The notes under the pieces were generated by a model. It was given only the letters and a program-made list of their open reading frames with translations. It was not told the origin of the DNA and did not search any database. DNA of 64,000 bases from Magallana gigas. Lineage: Eukaryota. Every line of letters starts with the position of its first letter. Position 1 is the stretch's first letter. Positions 52,119-64,000 of the stretch are shown here, one piece after another. A program made the translations under genes and the position numbers. Where the stretch lies: positions 8,432,001 to 8,496,000 of the forward strand of contig NC_088854.1 in NCBI RefSeq assembly GCF_963853765.1. Direction: 5' to 3'.

Positions 52119-53186
52119 TTATTGACATTTACACAAGCTGAGGATATCGGCACGAAACTTCATGTCAAAATACCCGTATATGATTGGGTTAATCACGTGA
52201 TTAATGACGTAGAATCTCTGCAAGATGAAGAAGACAATCATCTCAGCAGCTGAGATGTTGTACCAGAGTTCCGGCGAAAGTTTGCTTATAATAAGAAAAA
52301 TACACGTCGGCGTATAGGAGATTAAATAACACACAATAATGGCGAAGAACATCATGTTAAAGTTAATTTTGCTTTCTTTGAATGTCCGCGACCTGGAAAA
52401 GTCTTTAGTGCTGCTTTGACTGGGTTTGTTGTCAGACAGGGAGTCAAACTGGAGGGAGGGAAGGTCGACACTCTGCCGCTGGCGAGCCTTCCGGAGCTTG
52501 TTGTGGCGGTAGATGACGACTCCGATCGGAATGTAGAGGAAACCCACAGTCAGAATGTTAATTATCATGAGAATAAAGATGATGTAGTAGTATATCGCCT
52601 CGTAGGTAGGGTAGTTCCCTGCCCCCGTGAAACACGTCAACCCTGTGACGTTCTCCCCCTCAAACACTCCCTCCACTCTCATGTTCCCAGAAAACAGCAA
52701 AACCGGAGCTGAATACAAGATAGAAAATCCTACAATTATTCCCAGACATAGCTTTCTTTTGCTCTCGTTCATTTGCTTCCCGAGTGGTTTGCAGATCTTT
52801 AGATACCTCTGAACGGCTATGGCTATCAGCAGCAAGGCCGAGAGGCCCGAAGTCGCCGTCATGGTGTATAACATCCCCTTACAGAGTCCGGACGATGGAA
52901 AATCCACGAAGTACATGGACTCGAACACGTAAAAAACGGAAGCCACGGTGCTTGCAAGGAGATCGAAAACGGCTAAGATGGGTATAAAGTAGCGGTCATC
53001 CCGACTTGCCTTCATCCGTAAAATGTACACAAGAAGCACTAAAATGTTCCCTACCAGTCCAACGAAGCAAACAATTGCCTGGAATACAACCGTGGGTAAA
53101 AGTTTGTCGGCATAGTCAGAGTTCCACCGCAGAGTGAGGTTATTGGTTTCATCCATTTTGTATTCCAATATTGAAATATTGTTCAT
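52119..53186 (-). CDS. Intronless orphan class A (rhodopsin-like) GPCR, 355 aa (may start at the second Met, 53156)
   Basis: Seven hydrophobic segments: GN in TM1 (GLVGNILV), LAVFDLL in TM2, C..AVQRYLKIC in TM3 (DRY variant), P in TM4, ECL2 Cys, ISYTP in TM6 and NPIIY in TM7. There are N-terminal NxS/T sites. The ligand cannot be assigned from the sequence. Confidence 0.92.
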   Translation of the reverse strand: MNNISILEYKMDETNNLTLRWNSDYADKLLPTVVFQAIVCFVGLVGNILVLLVYILRMKASRDDRYFIPILAVFDLLASTVASVFYVFESMYFVDFPSSGLCKGMLYTMTATSGLSALLLIAIAVQRYLKICKPLGKQMNESKRKLCLGIIVGFSILYSAPVLLFSGNMRVEGVFEGENVTGLTCFTGAGNYPTYEAIYYYIIFILMIINILTVGFLYIPIGVVIYRHNKLRKARQRQSVDLPSLQFDSLSDNKPSQSSTKDFSRSRTFKESKINFNMMFFAIIVCYLISYTPTCIFLIISKLSPELWYNISAAEMIVFFILQRFYVINHVINPIIYGYFDMKFRADILSLCKCQ

Positions 53187-54560
53187 TTACGAAAAACTAA
53201 AAAAATTATATTTCGTTAATATGTTTCCATCTGTTTTGGAATTTCCGGATAAGAATGTGGAGCTCTACATCTTACAAGACAATCCAAATACCCTTGGGTC
53301 TTTAATACCAGGGTATATCACAGCTAAGTACCTCCATCAGAGCCTTTGTCCTCCTTCTGTGTAAGACCTGCAATTGGAACAGAAAGTTTTATCTTCTATT
53401 GCCCTACTTAGTTTGCCATTATTCGATTTCACTGTGTTGGTTTTGTATATTTTCATTGTTGAACCACGAAGCGTGAAAACTTCGGAGACCCTTAAGTGTT
53501 TAAACTGTGAGCTACTTGTCGGATGTAGAGATTACGAGGTTCCATGGGGCCTCAATTGAATGAACCTATGACGGACTCGCGGATACACTGCTTACATTCC
53601 TTCAGCCAGTCATCACTTTCTCACCAGCTTTATTGTCTACAACTCTGATATTTCCTACTGGTTCGAAAACTTTATAATAAACTTTATAAACTAAGTAAAA
53701 TATGCAGGGATTACCAACTGTTATTAAATGACATTATAGCTGTCATAAAATGACTTTTATACAAACTAACACGACCGTGGCCTCTGTATATTCCTCTGGC
53801 GTTGGACAAGTGAGGATGTTAAAATATTTAAGATATTATGTAAGGGCATTGTTTTCTTTACCTTAATAATTATATGATATGACTAATCTTTAGCTTTGAA
53901 AGTAACATAAGGCCAGCGTATAATGATAACGAACTAACTTAGGAGTGTACCTGTATTTGTAGATCAAAGTTAAGTACAATCCAAACGACATAAAACAGTC
54001 AATTTGAATGTACTTATTCAACTGTAGATGTGGACAGCAAAATATCACTCCCACATACCATGATAATAAATAAAATTAGTTACCTTTGATCCGGTGTATT
54101 TTTCCAAAATGTGAATTAAAACATTTTTGAGTCTTGGTTTGTAATACGTACAAGTCAGCTAACACCCAAATATAAAATAGACTTACCATAATGTGCATAT
54201 TGTGTTGATCAAACAATTATACCAACATTGTATAACAAGATGCGGGACATTACATGTAACTCTCCAGATGATGCACACGTTATATCAATATTTGAATCAT
54301 ATACCTTCATTTATCAAATGTTATATCGAAATGTGAGAAATATGAACACGATCCTTCATGCATGATTAATATAATTAATCAACTTGTACATGTTTAATTA
54401 AACATGTGTAGTATGATTTTTAAGATTTGTAAATTCAAAATGCTTTTAAACTATATATTGTACCATACATATATATGGAACCACGTGACTCTCCCGTATC
54501 TCAGGCCGCCGTCCCGCTTATGTGATGATTAAAAGCATATCACGTAACAGACCGCTCCCT

Positions 54561-54564
<4 letters not shown>

Positions 54565-54605
<41 letters not shown>

Positions 54606-54606
54606 C
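54565..54606. repeat. (GA)n microsatellite
   Basis: About 20 GA units seen directly. Confidence 0.95.
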
Positions 54607-54714
54607 ATGCATTTCGAAATTCAGAATCTAATGAGCATTACTTAAATTATTAAGAATAAACTTGCACAATATCACATTCCACGCGTTGAGACCAATTTAA
54701 AAATATATAATGCG

Positions 54715-55375
54715 TCAGAACGACGGCAGAACCGACATGCAAAATTCTTATAGCATGTTTTAGACACACGTGCAAATTGTCTTCAACATGTGTCAGACCG
54801 ACATGCGATATCTCTATATCATAGTCGTATTGTATTGTTTATTAGTCAACAGCTGTACAGCTCATAGACATATACAATTAATATACACATGTTATAATAC
54901 ATATACTGGTCACTTGAAAAAAGGCAAGTTTATACATGAAGTTTTCTGATTACAAAAGCATTTTTAATATATTTACCTAAATTGCACAAATCCTTTACAT
55001 TTTGTGTTGACAATAATAATATAATAAAACTTCTTAAGGAATAGTCAGACCGACGGGCAAAATTTCTATATCACTAAATGATATCCAGCGCAAGCACGGG
55101 AATTAACACTTCACGCATCAATATGACACAACGCTTAAAATAATGAACCATATTTCTTTGTTCATTATTGTACATGCTTTGTCCTAATTTTTTTCTTAAT
55201 ATTGCTTTCTATGTTCAGACAGACGTGCAAAATCTCTCAATCATGTTTCAAAACGACGTCAAAAAATTCTATATCGATGATAGATCGTCGTGCAAAATCT
55301 ACTGCTGAATATATCGTGTGTAATCGACGTGCAAAACTTCTACATCACATGTCAAACAGACGTGCAAAATATCTC
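54715..55375. repeat. Decayed ~33-bp minisatellite with core (C/A)GACGTGCAAAA
   Basis: Core variants at about 55223, 55256, 55288, 55327 and 55360, with further dispersed copies near 54715-54800 and 55045. Confidence 0.6.
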
Positions 55376-57515
55376 TTTACGAGGGATACTACTCGCATAT
55401 TGAAAAATGATAGTTAATAAAATATAAAGCAAATAATCAAATATAAAAATAAAGACAAGATCTGCAATTCACAAAAAATGAAAAATAAATGTGTATGATA
55501 AAAAGGAAAAAGGAACAAGAAAGACAAGTTCCTTCTGATAAATAATTACGTAGTTACGAGAACATAAGCCTTCATATTATTATGAGATAATCATATCGAG
55601 AAAGAATCTCGTCAAAGTCCAAATATTTAAAATAAAATCGTTTTAAAAAATAATTCAATTTAGATATTTCATGATAAAAAGTTAAAGCAATGATCAACAT
55701 AATTTTCTTGTTTTTCCGTTTTATTTTTGGGAGTTGATTTTAATCAACTCTCCTATGCAGTCACTCTGGCAAACCGAAAGTGAAACAGTGTTTGGACCTA
55801 AGCACAAATCATCACCGCTGACAAGTCTTAGTTCTTGAATATAATAGAAAAATTCGATGTAATGTATGCTGAAGCATTGTTTTTCAAGGAAACTTATCCA
55901 TAAACACTTTGAAAATAGTAAGATTTTATATAATACGAACAATTTAGATATTTATGTAGTCTCATGTATTCCTACGCCAGAGTTTAATATAGTCTCGTTC
56001 AACCAAAAGCTCGGCTGTCTCCGTAAATATCCGACAAACAGAGAGGTTCTGAGCATCTGGTTGAACGAGACGTGAGTTCAATATCAATAGTGCTTGGATC
56101 CATACAATTTTTAGAATTGTTTCGATTACTAATACATAGTTTGAAATCTATCTTTAAATATTGCTCAACATGATTCATATGGGGTTTCTCTAAATTCTTG
56201 TCTGAAAAGTATAATTAATATTCATACTATAAAAAAGTGCGTAATTTAAATACAGACTAGAAACTTATTACCACGCAAGATAAGTTGATTTTAAAATAAA
56301 TGATAATCGATAAAATCAACTCCCGTCAGTACTTCAGTACTTTGATTTTTCTATCTACGCTAGTCTACTTAAGCTTGTGTTCGGTTCCGTTATTTCAAAG
56401 GAAACTTGTCAGAGGACTTCGACTTAAGGCAGTCGAGATTTTTTACTTATATTACTTGTATCAGTCTTACCCAACCAGGTTTTTTGTCCACCATACAATT
56501 GTGTGCTGTCCTATACATGTATGATATTCGATATGTGTTTGCTATACGCTTGGCATAAGCTAGAATAATCATCATCTTCTACAAACTACCAAAAAAGGTC
56601 TAGAAAAGGGCGTTGCATTTTAGGTACATTTCTGATAAAAAAAAATTAAAATTCCTCTTGTTAAATGAAAGTTTAACGTCTCCAATGGCGAGTGGATACT
56701 ATGACAAAGACCCTCGGTGCTTACTACCAGAATTGTGTATTGTTATACACACCCATCTGAGGGGTTTCTAACAAACGCCCATCTCCACTGTTGGGTCATT
56801 GGAACAACAACTCTATACCTTCACACATAAAATTCATTCAATTCCATGAGTTGGGTATTTTTGGATTTTTTTTATATCAGACATTATGAATGGGCATTGG
56901 AAACAATGTCACATATATACAAACTTTTGAACAACACATTGTTATGTTGTATAGTCACTTTTCAGCGAATGAATGACAAATACTAAAGGGTCACTCAGAT
57001 AAAGGGAGAAATAATGCATGTTATTTTTTTATTTATGAATCATCAATAGCACATCTCTCAGCAACAATAGACTTAAAACATATATCACAGATTTCAGTGG
57101 AATACTTCAAATAAATAAACAGATGTCAAGTGCATATTCAATAAATCTGTATAAAAAATACACTGAAATAGTGATCTCAATACAATACAATACTGACTGA
57201 ACTTAAATATAATAAAACTTTCCTTAAAGTAAAGGGCATATTTCAAAGATCTGTACTAAAACTGTTGACAGTACAAATTTATACAATGTATAGTCATTAC
57301 AAATTCATCAACAAAACTATGACCAGCAGTATTCATCCATATCAACAGTAACAAAAACAGTTTATTCAGCAGTTGGCAGTAAATAAACCACAGACACAAG
57401 GGTACATGATCACTGATGTGTAGAAAGTACCTACTTCACCATATAAACATTTATATTCTGTTCTTACATTTAAATGTCATTTAAAGAATTATGGAATCAC
57501 TATAAACATTTAGAG

Positions 57516-60500
57516 TTATTTGCCCTTCTTTGATTTTCCGGATTTGGAGCTGGCTTTAGAAGCCTGGGACTCTGGTCTCTTTTTCTCCTCCTTTTTTTCC
57601 GGAGATTTATCTTTTGCCCCGGACTCATCCCTGGGGGTAGTTGGGGTGGCAGGGACCTTAGCTGGGGTCTTGTCTCCAGCAGTGGAATCCTCATCTTGCT
57701 TCTCTAGTTTAGCCAATCGTTTTTCTAGTTCGCGGATTTTCTCGTTGGCCTCTGCAAGATCAGACTCGGCCATAGCAGCTCTATCCTCTGCTGCCTGTGC
57801 TCTCTGTTCTGTGCCTCTGCGAAAATTCACAACAATCCAAGAATTGTACACAAAATCAAACTACTCTACACTCATTATGTGAGCTATACATATATATTTG
57901 GTTAAAGTAATTAATTTTATTTTCAAATCGCCTCACATCAAGTCAGATACTGCCTTATTGATAAATTTTATTGTCTTTGAAAGGGGGAATAAATGAATTT
58001 TATGTTGGGACATGTATAGGAAAAATGAGTATTTCCCCTTTGCAAATCTTGCAATAGATGTGAGAATTTTTTAAGCTTTGGTTCCATTTTTTCAGCTAAA
58101 GTTGATTACCAACAAGTTTCTGACTTCTATTTTACATTCTGTACTTACAGTAGCTGGTTCTGTAGGCTCTCAACAGCTGCTAGAGCTTCATAAGACTTCT
58201 GTGTATTGGGAGCATCAGGAATAAAGGTGGAGGATGCAGTGGGCTGAAATCAGGGGGGATAACAGGAATAATCTCATAACCTCAGCAAATGGTTTAATAA
58301 TGAACAGAGAGAGAGAAAGAGAGAGAGAGAGAAAGAGAGAGAGAGATTTACCTTTGTTTCAACTGAATTAAGATTTTTCATATGAGTGTTTTCATCAAAG
58401 CCAATCACTTCAAGTTTCTCTTTACTTGTTTCTTTTTCCTGTAAGAAAAAAAATGACCATGATATGCCAGTATACACTAAGATATAAAGAACAAGGAGGT
58501 ATCATGTATACATGTATCGATATCAAGCTTGACCTTTGAACGAACCTTAGGTGGCACCGACTCAGGAGCTGGTTGTTTCTGCTCCTCTCCCTCTGTGGCT
58601 TCCCTGACTGGTGGTACCTCTTCCTCTGCTTTTTCTGTTTGATCAACTTGAGCTGAGTCTGATGGTGGAACTTCAGTTTTCTGACAGAAGAATGATCATA
58701 TGTGTGATATTGATGTCTATTTTTGTTCTTTTCACTTATGAGCTCTTTTCGCAACAATAATTTGAAATACATGTTAACTATAATCTTAAATCTCTACTCA
58801 TGTTATTTTTGTAATCCAAAGGTGCTTTAGAAGAAAAATCTGAATTTGGATTCCTAGGGAAATTTCTCGATAAAAGGTGGGTGGTGGTGGTGATGTTGCT
58901 TACCTGCTCTGACCCTGGGGCTGAGGGCTGGAGTTTCTCTTTGTCGTGGAATGTGACCATTGGTTTTTCTGGGACCGGCTTTTTAGTGGGCTCATCCCCT
59001 GACACAACGGTAGGGAACAGTGTCTCGACAGGGTCCCCCAACAGGTGGCAGGTCAGAAGCTTGGCCGTGTGGATCCAATCTAGACACTCAGACTACAGCA
59101 GTAATAGTAACATATATCAATAAGCCCACTTTTATCCTTCTCTTTAACTAATTAGCATGATAAGTTAACAAATTTGAAACAAGCTTTTATATGCATTACT
59201 GGTAAATTTTAAAGTATATTAGCATTTACTTTTATTAGTAGCATGTAGGAAGCATTGCAAATTGGATTAAAACATAGGTAATCACAGATTACAAAGCTCA
59301 CCGAGACGAGACATCACCCTTATGAGACTTCACCTTTTTGAGACCACCTTTATCATATTAAATGAAAATCATACTTTATGATCTTGGATTTTCATGGATT
59401 CTGTTTTGACACAATATCGTATATCATCTGTTAAAAAATTGTATGATAATCATATGTTCATATGTTAATCAATACAATAATGTAAAATTAAATATTGCAT
59501 CCTATCATATTTACAACATATATCATATAATACAAAAGAATACCATAATAAACAATAATGATGAGATATGATATTGTAGCGTATGATATGACATTGTATT
59601 GTGTTATACGCTATTGTATTTGATCAAATAATACAATATCATAATATATAAAACAATATAGTATTATATTACAATATCATATTACATAATACATCATAAC
59701 ATTGAAATATATGATATTATATTGTATAATATAGTATGATATTGTACGATACTGTATCATTTTGGATACATAATATGATATTGTATCATATGATACAATA
59801 TTATTTGAAACAACATTGTATCATATCAAATGATACAATATTCTGTGATAAAGTAAAATATTATATAATACAATATAATATTTTACATATTGTATCATAT
59901 GATACAATAATATATTTTACAATATCATACAATACAATTTCATGTGATGTGATAATATATCATATTGTAAACCAATATCATATTATACAATATCGTATGA
60001 TACGATATTATATAATATAACAGTATCATATTATACAATTTCATATGATATAATTCTATATTACAGAAACTAATATCATATTATACAAAAACATATGATA
60101 CAATATTATAGAATATACAATATAGTATTATAGGATACAATATTATATTTTGCAATATCTTATGTAATAGTATCATGTGATTAAATAATAAATTAATAAT
60201 ACAATATAATATTATACAATATTGTATCATAATATACAATACTATACATAACGATATCATGATACAATATCATAATAAAAATATTTTAAAAAATTATACA
60301 ATATCATATCGTATCATATAACTTTTTATAATATTACATATGATATTATATTGTATCATATTAAACAATATTGTTTCATACTATACAATTCTATATAATA
60401 GGAATCATGTTATATCATTTATCAACAAACACATCTATCTATCGAGCAGGTTTGAATGAGGTAGGAGATTTCTTTAGCATCCTTGATAATGGAGATCAGG

Positions 60501-63500
60501 CTCTGCATCTGAAGCAACCTCTGCATTTCATTTATAATACAGTTAAATCAACTATGCAAGCTATCATCTATAAAACATGTGACCTGTTCCAAAAAAACTA
60601 AACCTTATCCATCATCCGAAACCTATGGCTCAGATTCAGCATTCAAGCCTGTCAGGTGCATCAGTATACATAAGACGCATCTCCATGAAAGTTTGGTGAA
60701 GTTCAGACCAGTAATAATGAAGATATCATCATCAGAGGGCACTAGCAATTAAAACCTTAAGCTGCTCCAGCATCCGCAACCTATGGCTCAGATTCAACAT
60801 CCATGCCTGTCAGGTGCATCTGTATCATAAGACACACCATCCATTCAAGTTTGGTGAAGTTAGGACCTGTAATAACTAAGATATATTTTTTAGCATCCTT
60901 GATAATGGAGATCAAGCTCTGCATCTGAAGCTTCCTCTGTGATTCATTCATACTACAGTTTAATCAACTATGCAAGTTTGAAAAAATACTATTATCTATT
61001 AAACATGTGACTTGTTCCAAAAAACTTAACAATATCGAGTATCTGAAACCTATGGCTCAGACTCAGCATTCAAGCCTGTCAGGTGCATCAGTATCATAAG
61101 ACGCACCATCCATGGAAGTGTGGTGAAGTTAGGACAAGTAATAACTAAGATATAATCATCAGAGGGCACCTGTTTCAAAAACTTTAACCAGCTCTAAAAA
61201 CCTTAACCTCCTTCAGCATCCGAAACGTATGGCTCAGATTCAGCATTCAAGCCTGTCTGGTGCATCAGTATCATAAGACGCACCATCCATGGAAGTCTGG
61301 TGAAGATAGGACAAGTAGTTACTAAGATATAATCATCAGAGGGCACCTGCAACAAAAACTTTAACCAGCTCTAAAAACCTTAACCTCCTCCAGCATCCGA
61401 AACATATAGCTCAGATTCAGCACCCAAGCCTGCCTGGTGCATCAGTATTATAAGACACACCATCCATGCAAGTTTGGTGAAGTACAGACCTGCAGTAACT
61501 TAGATATTGCTATCAAAGGGCACCTGCAACATAAACTTTAACCAGCTCCAAAAACCTTAACCTCCTCCAGCATCCGAAACCTATAGCTCAGATTCAGCAC
61601 TCAAGCCTGTCTGGTGCATCAGTATCATAAGACACACCATCCATGCAAGTTTGGTGAAGTACGGACCTGCAGTAACTTAGATATTGCTATCAAAGGGCAC
61701 CTGCAACAAAAACTTTAACCTGGTCCAACAACCTTAACCTCCTCCAGCATCTGAAATTTAGGACTCAGATTCAGCATCCAAGTCTTTCAAGTCCATAAGT
61801 AGGTCCAGATGCATCATCCATGCAAGTTTGGTGAAGATAGGACAAGTAATAGCTTAGATACAGGACCTGCAACAAAAACTTTAACCAGGTCCGGACGCCG
61901 ACGCCGACGCCACCGCCGACGCCGGGGGTATAGCATAAGCTCCCCCTGACTTCGTCTCGGTGAGCTAAAAATGAACACTGCTAAGACAAAAGAAAATTAA
62001 TCTTTGGTTTCTCAGGCAAAAATTTCAAAATGCAGCAGAGAATTTTAAACTATCTATTCAAAAGATCTTTTTCCAGACAATCAATTCATGTTGTTGTTCA
62101 ACAGCTGAGAAGAGTAATCTACCTTGAGTCGCTGGAGGTCCCTCAGTTCATGCTCTGCGTTGTCCTCCATGTTGTCGCGTCGAGCCTGCGTGTTGTCCAT
62201 CACAACTCCACTACAACAGCTGTAAACAACACACAAAATCCATCAAAAATAGGATAGGGGATCATTCTGTACAAAATCTTATTGGTTTTACTTGATAAAA
62301 ATTGTTGAATTTCTAACTATAGATTGATTTGTATACTACATGTACATGTACTTCATTTCTCACCAAACAAAGCAAACTAATTAAACTTATTTTAAAGTTG
62401 TGGGGAAAATGTATAGCTTATGGCAGTCTTGGCAGACCCTTCAATTTTGTTGCTTTGAAAGCTCTAAACTGTAAAGGATGATCATTCAATGACATGAAGT
62501 AAACAGGGGATATGTTAGAGAATGAAATGGTTACCTGTCAGACTCCAAGACATCTCTGATGTATTCCTCTAGTGATCTTAGATCACTGATCCCAAATAAG
62601 ATATCACTAGAGTTTCTGATTGAGACAGACAGAACAAAAAGACAAAGGAAGAGAGAAAGTAAGACAGAGGGAAGAAAAAGAGACAGAAACTTCTATTTCT
62701 GAATAATGTTCATTATGTAGACAGTTAGGAAAATGTGTGATTAAATAAATCAGCTACATGAGAGAACATTGAAACTGCTGAGATGATAAGATGAAAAACG
62801 TGGTCAAATCATGTTAAATCTGAGATGAACTTGTCTGATGCGTGTTTTAAAATTAAAACAAAGTTTTATGATGTTCAGACTTACAGAGCTACATAGTTTG
62901 TGAATTGCTGGAGTTGTTCGAACAGCATCTTGACATTGGAGTGTAGCTGTCCCAGGGTCAGGCTGTTAAGAAGGACCATATCCGCAGCCTCCTTGGAGTT
63001 GCCCTCGTGATCCGGGGCCAGTCTCAGCAGCATCTGTACCATCCACTGGACCATCTGGGAGTGGAGCGTCGACACCTGAACAAAGACAACAACAGTCAGG
63101 ATTGTCAGTCATGGCAGGATACAATCAATAAATAGTCACCTTGACCACCTAAAAGTAAATTGCCTACCCCTACACAAAGTCAACGGTCAAGTATCTTATA
63201 TTAAAAAAATTACAATTATAACTTTTTAAAAATTTCCAATCTGCTATTAGATAAGTTTTGGGTGTTTGTTTAAGGTGGTATGGGACACCCCCATATTGTG
63301 ATGTACTTCCTATGCAAATAAACAATAAAATCAAGGATAAGATTATGGTGTTTTCTTTCCCAAAATTGTGACCTAACAGCATAGTGCTATGGGTTAGAGT
63401 GTTAACTATGAATCTGTAAGTCATGAGTTCAAATCTCACTGGGGCTTTTACTATTATTATTTCCTTTCCAAAAATTTGTAAAACATAGCTTTTGGTCAAA

Positions 63501-63759
63501 TATATTGTAAAATTTTAAAATTCTAAGCCAGTTATTCATTATCAAGTACTTTTATCCACATTAATTTCAACAAGTGTCCTGTACCACCTTACATAAAATG
63601 CTGAATCCCTGCAAATAGCTTGATCTGACTTTAAGATATTCTTGCTGAGTAAAACATTTATCTACCTGTTCCACTAGCCTGCCATCTTCACTGTCAATAG
63701 CATTACTGGCTGTAGTGGCCCACTTCTGGACCTTCCTTACTGTGTCCATGACATCAATC
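57516..63759 (-). CDS. AXDND1: Axonemal dynein light chain domain-containing protein 1-like, 3' part (5' exons lie beyond the window). Exons: 63759-63666, 63075-62885, 62615-62535, 62219-62123, 59092-58904, 58680-58546, 58438-58352, 58243-58149, 57816-57516
   Basis: The exons are phase-consistent. The C-terminus VIGFDENTHMKNL ... QKSYEALAAVESLQNQLLGTEQRAQAAEDR resembles my recollection of the vertebrate AXDND1 C-terminal region (FIGEDENVHSKPL ... QKYLEAMAVIEHMQEKLLEVENRARQAEEK). The diagnostic N-terminal domain is outside the window. Confidence 0.75.
59430..60400. repeat. Extremely AT-rich degenerate minisatellite (ATACAAT/ATCATAT-type)
   Basis: Low-complexity repetition of GATACAATAT / ATATCATAT variants. 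Confidence 0.85.
60600..61890. repeat. 177-bp satellite array inside the Helentron-like element
   Basis: The anchor TAT(G/A)GCTCAG and its variants fall at 61051, 61228, 61405, 61582 and 61759 (exact 177-bp period). More diverged units lie at 60624 and 60782. Confidence 0.9.
63274..63588. mobile_element. 315-bp Kolobok-like MITE with a tRNA-derived core, in an AXDND1 intron
   Basis: TTAA-GGTGGTATGGGACACC ... AGTGTCCTGTACCACC-TTAC. A-box-like TAGTGCTATGG at 63382 and B-box-like GAGTTCAAATCTC at 63425. Confidence 0.8.
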
Positions 63760-64000
63760 CTATAGGTCAAGGTCATATGATGAATTTTGACATTTATGAT
63801 GCAAACAATCTATGCTTATACATGTTATAGTTATTTTTGTTCAGCATCAATGAATTGTGAATTAATTTCTGTTACAATAAATTTTAAAAGTATTATATGT
63901 ATGTACTATTTGCAAGTTGTAAAGAATGAAAGCAGGTTTATTGATTCTTGATTAGTCAAGACAGAAAAGTGAGATCAAAGCCACACAGTAGTGAAGATTA

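Larger units (their letters stand above)
59271..61971 (-). mobile_element. 2.7-kb non-autonomous Helentron/HINE-like element in an AXDND1 intron
   Basis: The minus-strand 5' end is TTTTTAGCTCACCGAGACGA followed by a (GGCGTC)n microsatellite (~61895-61924). The 14-bp subterminal IR at 61952-61965 pairs with 59296-59309. A 3' hairpin GTAATC-ACA-GATTAC lies at 59278-59292. Confidence 0.85.

Noticed and set aside
52416-52987. Plus-strand ORFs overlapping the GPCR
   Set aside because: They are antisense shadow ORFs of a real coding sequence.
59736-60020. 94-aa Ile/Tyr-rich ORF
   Set aside because: It is an artefact of the AT-rich minisatellite.
63567-63665. AXDND1 exon extending to the MITE TIR (donor supplied by the transposon)
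   Set aside because: A stronger phase-0 donor, CAG|GTAGAT at 63666, fits the next exon. The T|GTAAG site is out of phase.
6626-63759. Functional cluster of axonemal genes (RSPH4/6 and AXDND1)
   Set aside because: The two genes are 46 kb apart and separated by unrelated housekeeping genes, so co-occurrence is plausibly chance.

Overview
AT-rich, intron-containing eukaryotic genomic DNA, almost certainly from an oyster (Crassostrea/Magallana), judged from a ~167-bp Cg170-type satellite inside a Helentron-like element. Genes assembled by hand from splice signals and protein similarity, in order: two tandem, previously unrecognised paralogous small genes encoding ~105- and ~118-aa tail-anchored membrane proteins (+; 341-2121 and 3183-6078); a radial spoke head RSPH4/6 gene (-; 12 coding exons including a 25-nt micro-exon); TSC1/hamartin (+; 21 coding exons); MRPS18B (-; with a GC-AG intron) head-to-head with PPP1R10/PNUTS (+), as in the human MHC class I region; an intronless orphan class A GPCR (-); and the 3' part of AXDND1 (-), which runs off the window end. 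Interspersed are two satellite-bearing Helentron/HINE-like elements, TTAA-type (Kolobok-like) MITEs with a tRNA-derived core, a 1.3-kb foldback element, a perfect 95-bp hairpin insertion, mariner-type MITEs, and several mini- and microsatellites. All gene identifications rest on recalled protein motifs; no database search was run.
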